Shown here: positions 8,803 through 15,942 of the stretch, piece by piece
How positions within the stretch are numbered: the stretch's first letter is position 1
Layout of the letters: every line of letters starts with the position of its first letter
Assembly (NCBI GenBank): GCA_026387835.1
Contig: JAPLKZ010000005.1
Coordinates: forward strand, 120,001 to 152,000
Direction: 5' to 3'
DNA from: Candidatus Saganbacteria bacterium
GTDB taxonomy: Bacteria > Margulisbacteria > WOR-1 > JAKLHX01
DNA length: 32,000 bases
Notes under the pieces: model-generated
The model's input: the letters and a program-made list of their open reading frames with translations, nothing else
Told to the model about the DNA's origin: nothing
The model's database searches: none
Position numbers and translations under genes: made by a program

Positions 8803-9862
8803 GGATAAGAATGAGGGAGAGGAATGAGGAAGACAAAAAATAATATTATTTGCACAGTGTTATTAATGTTCTGTTTAACAGGGATATCGATAGCAGCTGA
8901 CGTGCTTGATATAGGGGCAGGTGCAAGGTCAATAGGACTTGGCAGGACGAATACCTCGGTGAAGGGAGATGCCTACGGGATATTCGGCAACCCGGCAAGC
9001 TTAAGGGGAGTGACAACGGGCGAGATAGTGAGCATGTACGGGACGATGAACACGGACGTCAAATACACGCTTCTCGGTTACGTGCTGCCTACAAAATACG
9101 GCAAGTTCTTCGCGGGTTACGCTAACAACCAGACACCCGATATTACATCCACGACGCTTGATGCCACAACAGGAAGGCCCGTGGCCGTGACAAACTTTGA
9201 TTTCAGGAACGACATGCTTCTTTTGGGATACGAGAACAGCCTGAGCAAGGCAATATCATACGGATTGAGGGTGAAATACTACAATAAAGGGAGCGCGGCC
9301 ATTGCGAACATGTCGGGTAGCGGAGTAAATGCGGACGCGGGTGTTCAGATAGACACAAATGACAAGCTGACAGTCGGTATGATCGCAAAGAATATAATAC
9401 CCGGACAGTCGATAAAGCTTCTTAACGGGCAAACTGAGGAGCTTCCGGGAGAGTTTGACATAGGACTTGGGTTTTTCCCTCATAAGAGACTGGATATCTA
9501 TGCGGATCTGAATCTTACAAGGAACATCCCTGCGGAAGCAAAAGTTGGTATCGAGTGGAGGATGGTGGATTTTCTGGCATTGCGCCTTGGCGCAGAGCAG
9601 AAGTCGATGGGTGCAAGTTCAAGTTATATAAACGGTTCAGCCGGCGTGGGATTAAACCTGGGGATATTCGGTATAGATTACGCGTATTACTATGACAGTC
9701 TTGTGACGACCAACTCAAGGCATTTCATTTCGATATCAATAAAAACACCGGCAGTGAAAGCGGCTGAGCCTGTGTTCCCGGAAAAGACAGCAACTAAAGC
9801 GATATCTAAAGAAGAAGTTAAGATCATAACTCCTAAAGCGCCGGCAATTCCGGTTGAAGAAG
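7642..9862 (+). repeat. segmental duplication, copy A (partner 13036..15256)
   Basis: The two copies align without indels at a constant 5394-nt offset from FEIN(A/S)YLITSEAG through the barrel gene linker ...PKAPAIPVEE. Confidence 0.9.
8491..8799 (+). other. FlgD-Ig / Por_Secre_tail-like C-terminal domain of giant A
   Basis: The sequence [93 protein letters not shown] matches the YPNP(F/Y).P....I.Y.L......I.(I/V)(Y/F)D..G.LV......G.....W.......G..(V/L)..(G/D).Y pattern of these sorting domains. Confidence 0.7.
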
Positions 9863-10038
9863 TGAAAGCAAAAGAGCCTGAAGCGATTGAATATATAGTA
9901 GTGGAAGATGACTGGTTGAGTAAGATAGCGTTAAGGTACTTAGGTGATATGAAGAGATATCCTGAGCTTGCCAAGATGAACGACATCAAGAATCCCGATC
10001 TGATATTTCCCGGGCAGAAGATAATTATAAAGAAATAA
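8824..10038 (+). CDS. PorV/PorQ-like outer-membrane beta-barrel fused to one C-terminal LysM domain
   Basis: The signal peptide is MRKTKNNIICTVLLMFCLTGISIAA/DV. The N-terminal motif is GARSIGLGRT..V.GDAYGIFGNPASL. Amphipathic strands end at NSRHFISISIK, followed by a P/K/E linker and a LysM domain YIVVEDDWLSKIALRYLG...NPDLIFPGQKIIIKK. The purine-rich GGGAGAGG lies just upstream, 21 nt after the giant A stop. Confidence 0.65.
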   Translation: MRKTKNNIICTVLLMFCLTGISIAADVLDIGAGARSIGLGRTNTSVKGDAYGIFGNPASLRGVTTGEIVSMYGTMNTDVKYTLLGYVLPTKYGKFFAGYANNQTPDITSTTLDATTGRPVAVTNFDFRNDMLLLGYENSLSKAISYGLRVKYYNKGSAAIANMSGSGVNADAGVQIDTNDKLTVGMIAKNIIPGQSIKLLNGQTEELPGEFDIGLGFFPHKRLDIYADLNLTRNIPAEAKVGIEWRMVDFLALRLGAEQKSMGASSSYINGSAGVGLNLGIFGIDYAYYYDSLVTTNSRHFISISIKTPAVKAAEPVFPEKTATKAISKEEVKIITPKAPAIPVEEVKAKEPEAIEYIVVEDDWLSKIALRYLGDMKRYPELAKMNDIKNPDLIFPGQKIIIKK

Positions 10039-10066
10039 CCCTTCGCTGACCTCTTCCAATTTCTTC

Positions 10067-10095
10067 TTGCTTATTGAGCTCGCGTTATATATTAT
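10067..10095 (+). promoter_or_regulatory. possible promoter for module B
   Basis: TTGCTT at 10067-10072, a 17 nt spacer, then TATTAT at 10090-10095. There is no strong SD before the ATG at 10129. Confidence 0.35.
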
Positions 10096-10128
10096 ATAAA
10101 CATCTAATCATATGACAAGAAAACAGAA

Positions 10129-13100
10129 ATGAATAATATCTTGAAAAAGCCCGGTTTAATATTATTTTATTGTTTAGCGGTCATATTTCTCTGTCTCTCA
10201 CCCGCATACGCCAGTTATCCGGATCATGTAACAAAAACAATGTCCGGATTCAGTCTCCCTCTTGGTATAGCCATTACTCCGGGTGGAGATTATGCGTATG
10301 TTGCAAATAGTGGTGGCAACAATGTTTTGGTTATTCAAACCTCCAGCAATACCACAACAGCAGCGATCTCCGTAGGGACGAATCCCAAGGGTGTTGCCAT
10401 TACTCCTAATGGAAATTACGCATATGTTACAGATTATTCCGGTGCTTCCGGCAATAGAGTTACGGTTATCGATACTTCCACCGGTACCGTTGCAGCGACA
10501 ATTTCCGGACTGAATGGACCCTTTGGCGTAGCCATAACTCCGGATGGAAATTACGCTTATGTCGCAAATTATGTTGGCAACACGGTTTCGGTTATCCAAA
10601 CCTCAACCGAAGCTGTTACCGCGACAATCAATGTAGGGACTCAACCCCAAGCTGTTGCCATTACTCCGAATGGAAATTTTGTGTATGTTGTAAATTATAA
10701 TGGCAACAGTGTTTCGGTAATCAATACTTCCACCAATACTGTTTCAGCGACGGTCAATGTAGGGAGTCAACCCCAAGGTGTCGCAATAACTCCGGATGGA
10801 AATTACGCGTATGTTTCAAATTCTTCCAGCACTCTTAGCAACTCGGTTTCGGTAATCAATACTTCCACCAACACAGTTACAGCGACGATCCCTGTAGGGA
10901 GCAACCCCATCGGCGTAGCCATTACTCCGGATGGAAATTACGCATATGTTGCAAATTATCTTAGCAACTCGGTTAAGGTTATCGATACTTCCACCAACAC
11001 CGTTGCGGCGACGATCACTGTAGGGACTCAACCCAACGGTGTCGCCATAACTCCGGATGGAAATACTGCGTATGTTACAAATACTAACGGCAACACGGTC
11101 TCGGTCCTCGGAAAAACAACATGGACGATCACGCCGGAAGCGGGAGCTAACGGAAGCATCAGCCCAGCTACTGTACAGACAACGAATGACGGCTCGTCTA
11201 CGACATTCACATTCACACCGAACGCCCATTACCATGTATCGCAGGTGCTAGTTGACGGGACAAATGTAGGGACACCAGCAGCATATACATTCAGCAATGT
11301 GAGTGCGAACCACACGATTGAGGCTGATTTTGTTATCAATACCTGGACGGTCACGCCTAATGCGATAGGTTACGGCACGGTCAGTCCGGGCACAGCAGTA
11401 ATAACGGACGAAGGCTCGACAACAACATTTACGTTCAATCCCAATCCGCATAGTCACGTAACTAATGTACGAGTAGACGGGACCAGCGTGGGTACTCCGT
11501 CATCGTACTCGTTCACAAACGTGAGTGCTAACCACACGATAGAAGCGGAATTCGAGCGGATCACCTGGATGATCACACCGGAAGCCGGAGCTAACGGAAG
11601 TATCAGTCCTGCTACTGTGCAGACGACGAATGAGGGAAGCGATACGACATTCACGTTCACGCCGGATGCTAATTACCATGTATCGCAGGTGCTGGTTGAT
11701 GGTGCAAATGTAGGGACGCCGACAGCGTATACTTTCAGCAATGTCAGCGCGAACCATACTATTGAAGCGGACTTTATAGCATTGTCTCCCGCTGCACCGA
11801 GTAATTTTAATCCCGTACCGGCTTCAACAACTCAAATGAATTATACATGGACAGATAATTCATCAAACGAATCGGGGTTTGTGATACTTGACGGATCAAA
11901 CAATGTAAAAGTGCTTGTGGCCGCGAATGCCACATCAACAAGTGAAACAGGTCTATTGGCTAATACGCAGTATACAAGGAAAGTAACCGCATATAACGGC
12001 GGCGGAGCGGCGACGTCAGATGCGGTTTCCAAATACACATCAATAGAAGCGGCTGTAAGGGGAACATATGAAGCGGGGACAACTACAAGCATAACTATTC
12101 ATTCATCAAATGCCCCGTCCAATTTGACATCGGAATCGTCCGGAATATACTTTGAAAATGTCACACAGGGAACAAATTCAGGTTGGATACAAAATAATAC
12201 TTGGACAAGTTCCGGCTTACCGTCTAATACTACATACAGTTTCAAAATAACTGCAAGGAACGGTGACGGGACAATAACATCGACAACGGATGCCGGTTGC
12301 CAGACAACTAACAATCTTCTCACCAATCCGGGAGGGGAAAGTGCGGACACAACGGGATGGACCGTGATCGACAACGGAGGGAGCGGATGGTTAGTGGGCG
12401 GAGGCTTTGTCCACTCCGGGAACTACTCATTTCAATCTTCATACAGCTGGTGCAGTATGAACCAGACAATAGATCTTTTATCCAAGGGGTATTCGGCCGC
12501 CCAGCTTGATGCGCAACCCGTTATCACCTTCAAAGACTGGGTTATGTGCCGTGACTACTTTGATACTTATTACTACATGAAATTCGACTTACTGGCTGCT
12601 GACGGGGTGACCGTGATCTCATCAGAGTCCATCGGGAGCCAGGCTAGTCCTGTTACTCTTCCCCAGAATACAGCTTGGACCGAGGTCTCTCGTACTTTTA
12701 CCGGTTACGGCACGGGGGTCAGATACATCAAATTTAAACATGCAGGATATGATGGCGGGAGGTGGGCGGGTCAATACGGCACATACTTTGATGACGCATC
12801 CGTCACTGTTGCTGGCAGCACATATTATCTGATCACAAGTGAAGCCGGCTCACACGGGTCAATAACCCCGAGCGGAACGGCAAGTGTTTATTATTGCGAT
12901 AGCCAGCAGTATGTGATTACCCCGTCAACCGGATATCATGTTTCAGGACTATTGATTGACGGCGGTACAGTGACAGCCACAACGGAATACACTTTCACCA
13001 GTGTTGCGGCAGATCATACAATAATCGCGAGTTTTGAGATCAATTCATATTTGATAACTTCCGAAGCCGGCTCACACGGAACGATCACACCGAGCGGGGA

Positions 13101-14196
13101 AACGAGCGTGAACTATGGAAGTGATCAGCAATATCTGATAACACCTGAAGCAGGGTACAGCATATCGGATGTGTTGGTCGATGCTGTCTCGCAGGGAAAG
13201 ATCAGCAGTTATACGTTTACAAATGTCACGGCAAACCATTCAATAGAAGCGAGCTTCTCTTCGTCGGCAATTTCAGTGCACACTCCCGAGGCCGCAGCTT
13301 TCAGTAATGTAACTACAACAGTGATAAAAGCTAATTGGAAAGCAAACGGCAATCCCGTGTCAGCTGAATATTATTGCGAGAATGTAACCACTTCAACTAA
13401 TTCCGGATGGATATCAGGCTTGACATGGACATCATCGTCGCTTGAAGCAAGCACAGTGTACAGCTTCAGGGTCAAAGCCAGGATAACTGCAACATCCGAG
13501 AGCGGCTGGGTATTACTGGGGACGCAGGAGACAACTGCGCAGGCCACAGCTGATGCTTCTATAGCGGGAGTGAGCCTGAAGGACGGAGATTCGATCTCCA
13601 GCACTCTGACGATCACGGTATCACTGACAAGTGAGACCACAATAAGTTCTCTGTCAATAAAACCTCAGGCGACTCTCGGAGGAGTGAAGGAAGTGGATGT
13701 TGACGGGGCCTCTGTCGCATATGACGTGATCTCAACCACATCAACTTCAGCCACGATAAGATTAAGAAATGCGCTCTCAGTCGGAACGCATACCATCAAA
13801 ATAATAACTTATGACACGGCGGGCACAGAATATGTGCTTGAGAGAACAAACCTGAAAGTTTCATCCGGTACCATCACAACGGTAGGTCCCACACTGGTAT
13901 ATCCCAACCCTTATGATCCTTTAGCGGGGAATCTTAAGATAACCTATTATCTCTCTGTTGATACAGGGACCACAATATATGTCTTTGACACAACAGGAAG
14001 ACTGGGCTGGAAGAGCGATTACCCGAGCGGTACCAACGGAGGCAAGGCGGGATACAACGAAGTGCTATGGAACGCTGTCGATATGTTCGGCAGCCCGCTT
14101 GCAAGCGACACGTATTTCATCAACATAATAGAGCAGGGGACCGGTAGAGCGATAACGAAGGTGAAGCTTGTGGTATGGAAAGGCGGAGTGAGATAG
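10129..14196 (+). CDS. module B giant surface protein (1355 aa): 7-blade YVTN beta-propeller, InlB-B-like repeats, FN3, FBA-like lectin domain, Ig-like, FlgD-Ig/T9SS-type CTD
   Basis: The signal peptide ends ...LSPAYA/SY. Seven P.GVAITPDGNYAYVAN...V.VI.TSTNTV.ATI.VG units span about 10258-11127. Three [15 protein letters not shown] units span 11119-11775. FN3-like units span 11776-12309 and the FBA-like domain spans 12310-12810. [11 protein letters not shown] units span 12823-13257 and the CTD spans 13885-14193. Confidence 0.9.
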   Translation: MNNILKKPGLILFYCLAVIFLCLSPAYASYPDHVTKTMSGFSLPLGIAITPGGDYAYVANSGGNNVLVIQTSSNTTTAAISVGTNPKGVAITPNGNYAYVTDYSGASGNRVTVIDTSTGTVAATISGLNGPFGVAITPDGNYAYVANYVGNTVSVIQTSTEAVTATINVGTQPQAVAITPNGNFVYVVNYNGNSVSVINTSTNTVSATVNVGSQPQGVAITPDGNYAYVSNSSSTLSNSVSVINTSTNTVTATIPVGSNPIGVAITPDGNYAYVANYLSNSVKVIDTSTNTVAATITVGTQPNGVAITPDGNTAYVTNTNGNTVSVLGKTTWTITPEAGANGSISPATVQTTNDGSSTTFTFTPNAHYHVSQVLVDGTNVGTPAAYTFSNVSANHTIEADFVINTWTVTPNAIGYGTVSPGTAVITDEGSTTTFTFNPNPHSHVTNVRVDGTSVGTPSSYSFTNVSANHTIEAEFERITWMITPEAGANGSISPATVQTTNEGSDTTFTFTPDANYHVSQVLVDGANVGTPTAYTFSNVSANHTIEADFIALSPAAPSNFNPVPASTTQMNYTWTDNSSNESGFVILDGSNNVKVLVAANATSTSETGLLANTQYTRKVTAYNGGGAATSDAVSKYTSIEAAVRGTYEAGTTTSITIHSSNAPSNLTSESSGIYFENVTQGTNSGWIQNNTWTSSGLPSNTTYSFKITARNGDGTITSTTDAGCQTTNNLLTNPGGESADTTGWTVIDNGGSGWLVGGGFVHSGNYSFQSSYSWCSMNQTIDLLSKGYSAAQLDAQPVITFKDWVMCRDYFDTYYYMKFDLLAADGVTVISSESIGSQASPVTLPQNTAWTEVSRTFTGYGTGVRYIKFKHAGYDGGRWAGQYGTYFDDASVTVAGSTYYLITSEAGSHGSITPSGTASVYYCDSQQYVITPSTGYHVSGLLIDGGTVTATTEYTFTSVAADHTIIASFEINSYLITSEAGSHGTITPSGETSVNYGSDQQYLITPEAGYSISDVLVDAVSQGKISSYTFTNVTANHSIEASFSSSAISVHTPEAAAFSNVTTTVIKANWKANGNPVSAEYYCENVTTSTNSGWISGLTWTSSSLEASTVYSFRVKARITATSESGWVLLGTQETTAQATADASIAGVSLKDGDSISSTLTITVSLTSETTISSLSIKPQATLGGVKEVDVDGASVAYDVISTTSTSATIRLRNALSVGTHTIKIITYDTAGTEYVLERTNLKVSSGTITTVGPTLVYPNPYDPLAGNLKITYYLSVDTGTTIYVFDTTGRLGWKSDYPSGTNGGKAGYNEVLWNAVDMFGSPLASDTYFINIIEQGTGRAITKVKLVVWKGGVR
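12310..12810 (+). other. FBA (F-box-associated, FBXO2/Fbs1 sugar-binding)-like domain within giant B
   Basis: The sequence is NNLLTNPGGESADTTGWTVIDNGGSGW...SSYSWCSMNQTIDLLSKGYSAAQLDAQPVITFKDWVMCRD...W.EVSRTFTGYGTGVRYIKFKHAGYDGGRWAGQYGTYFDDASVTV. It shares the ordered motifs NLL.NP.GE...GW..GG.GW, S..WC...Q.IDL...GY...LD.QP.I..KDW..R.D, W.E.S.TF..YG.GVR...F.H.G.D..W.G..G and SV.V with human FBXO2 as I recall it. Confidence 0.6.
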
Positions 14197-15256
14197 GGAT
14201 AAGAATGAGGGAGAGGAATGAGGAAGACAAAAAATAATATTATTTGCACAGTGTTATTGATATTCTGTTTAACAGGGATATCGATAGCAGCTGACGTGCT
14301 TGATATAGGGTCAGGCGCAAGGTCAATAGGACTTGGCAGGACGAACACGTCGGTGAAGGGAGATGCCTACGGGATATTCGGCAACCCGGCAAGCCTGAGG
14401 GGAGTGACGACGGGAGAGATAGTGAGCATGTACGGGACTATGAACACGGACGTCAAATACACGCTTCTCGGTTACGTATTGCCTACAAAGTACGGGAAGT
14501 TCTTCGCGGGATACGCCAATAACCAGACACCCGATATCACGTCCACGACGCTTGACGCCACAACGGGAAGGCCCGTGGCCGTGACCAACTTTGATTTCAG
14601 GAACGACATGCTTCTTTTGGGATACGAGAACAGCTTAAGCAAGACAATATCATACGGATTGAGGCTGAAATACTACAACAAAGGCAGTGCGGCCATTTCG
14701 AACATGTCGGGTAGCGGAGTAAATGCGGATGCGGGTGTCCAGATAGACGCAAATGACAAGCTGACAGTCGGTATGATCGCAAAGAACATCATACCCGGAC
14801 AGTCGATAAAGCTTCTTAACGGCCAAACGGAGGAGCTTCCGGGAGAGTTTGACATAGGACTCGGTTTTTTCCCGCATAAGAGACTGGACATCTATGCGGA
14901 CCTGAATCTTACAAGGAACATCCCTGCGGAGGCAAAGCTTGGCATTGAATGGAGGATGTTGGACCAACTGGCATTGCGACTTGGTGCCGAGCAGAAGTCA
15001 ACGGGTGCGAGTTCAAGTTATATCAACGGTTCTGCAGGCGTGGGTTTGACCCTGGGGATATTCGGAATAGATTACGCATATTACTATGACAGTCTTGTCC
15101 AGACGAACTCGAGGCATTTCGTATCGATATCGATAAAAACACCGGCAGTGAAAGCGGCTGAGCCTGTGTTCCCGGAAAAGACAGCAACTAAAGCGATATC
15201 TAAAGAAGAAGTTAAGATCATAACTCCTAAAGCGCCGGCAATTCCGGTTGAAGAAG
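13036..15256 (+). repeat. segmental duplication, copy B (partner 7642..9862)
   Basis: Same alignment as copy A. By eye, about 13 aa differences occur in about 345 aligned residues of the barrel proteins. Confidence 0.9.
13885..14193 (+). other. FlgD-Ig / Por_Secre_tail-like C-terminal domain of giant B
   Basis: Colinear with 8491..8799 and shows the same YPNPYDP...IYVFDT.GRL.WK...YFINIIEQ pattern. Confidence 0.7.
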
Positions 15257-15606
15257 AAGCAACAGAGGCCGTAACATCCGTTGAAGAGACAAAAGAGCCG
15301 GTAATGACGTATGCGGTAAAACCGGGAGACACGCTTGGCAAGATATCATCACTTTTCCTGGCGGACGGCTCAAAGTATACGGAGATAGCGAAAGATAACG
15401 GGATTGAAGACCCGAACCTGATATATGCGGGACAAAGGATCAAGATAACTAGAGTCGTATATGTCGTCAAGGAAGGGGATACGTTAAGCGGGATCGCTTT
15501 AAAGTTCATGAACAATGCAGATCTTTATACCAAGATCGCCAAAGATAACAGCATCGAGGATCCCCGGCTGATATTCAGCGGGCAGAAGATAGTGATCAGA
15601 AAATAA
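14218..15606 (+). CDS. PorV/PorQ-like outer-membrane beta-barrel fused to two C-terminal LysM domains
   Basis: The barrel and linker are nearly identical to 8824..10038. They are followed by YAVKPGDTLGKISSLF...NLIYAGQRIKI and YVVKEGDTLSGIALKF...RLIFSGQKIVIRK. The same 21-nt spacer follows the giant B stop. Confidence 0.65.
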   Translation: MRKTKNNIICTVLLIFCLTGISIAADVLDIGSGARSIGLGRTNTSVKGDAYGIFGNPASLRGVTTGEIVSMYGTMNTDVKYTLLGYVLPTKYGKFFAGYANNQTPDITSTTLDATTGRPVAVTNFDFRNDMLLLGYENSLSKTISYGLRLKYYNKGSAAISNMSGSGVNADAGVQIDANDKLTVGMIAKNIIPGQSIKLLNGQTEELPGEFDIGLGFFPHKRLDIYADLNLTRNIPAEAKLGIEWRMLDQLALRLGAEQKSTGASSSYINGSAGVGLTLGIFGIDYAYYYDSLVQTNSRHFVSISIKTPAVKAAEPVFPEKTATKAISKEEVKIITPKAPAIPVEEEATEAVTSVEETKEPVMTYAVKPGDTLGKISSLFLADGSKYTEIAKDNGIEDPNLIYAGQRIKITRVVYVVKEGDTLSGIALKFMNNADLYTKIAKDNSIEDPRLIFSGQKIVIRK

Positions 15607-15631
15607 TAACAACCTTAGCGCTTACTCCTAT

Positions 15632-15660
15632 TTGAACCATATATATATATTTGTTATAAT
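15632..15660 (+). promoter_or_regulatory. sigma70-like promoter upstream of tRNA-Gly and tig
   Basis: TTGAAC at 15632-15637, a 17 nt spacer, then TATAAT at 15655-15660. Confidence 0.55.
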
Positions 15661-15680
15661 TCACTTATATTTCGTTCGTT

Positions 15681-15708
15681 AGTTATCAGTTATAAGTTAT
15701 CAGTTATA
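15681..15708. repeat. two tandem copies of the 14-mer AGTTATCAGTTATA; the left arm of an inverted repeat bracketing tRNA-Gly
   Basis: 15681-15694 equals 15695-15708. 15682-15698 is the perfect reverse complement of 15902-15918 (17 bp). Confidence 0.85.
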
Positions 15709-15818
15709 GGTTAATTGTGGGAGTAGTCCTTCGACTCGCTATGCTCGCTCAGGACTAAACTGAAACCGATTAGTGCAGGATTTAAATTAAGTATTGAGTG
15801 AACGAAGTAAATCGAAAT

Positions 15819-15890
15819 GCGGGAGTAGTTCAGTGGTAGAATGTCTCCTTGCCAAGGAGAAGGTCGAGGGTTCGAATCCCTTCTCCCGCT
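15819..15890 (+). tRNA. tRNA-Gly (anticodon GCC)
   Basis: Manual cloverleaf: acceptor GCGGGAG/CTCCCGC, D arm GTTC..GAAT, anticodon stem TCTCC/GGAGA with loop TTGCCAA, and T arm GAGGG-TTCGAAT-CCCTT. No CCA is encoded. Confidence 0.9.
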
Positions 15891-15942
15891 TTTGAACCGA
15901 CAACTTATAACTGATAACATATAAAAGAAAGAGAGAAAGACT

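Noticed and set aside
5060-14348. Numerous 60-140 aa minus-strand ORFs across both giant genes and the barrel genes (for example 5944..6300, 10198..10599, 10816..11235 and 15084..15515).
   Set aside because: All lie antisense to long, domain-rich plus-strand ORFs, and their periodic sequence simply reflects the sense-strand repeats.
15717-15727. GTGGGAGTAGT upstream of the tRNA matches the tRNA-Gly 5' end (GCGGGAGTAGT) at 10/11 nt, raising the possibility of an integration att scar.
   Set aside because: It is too short. Integrative elements usually duplicate the tRNA 3' end. There is no integrase or foreign-looking DNA between the copies.
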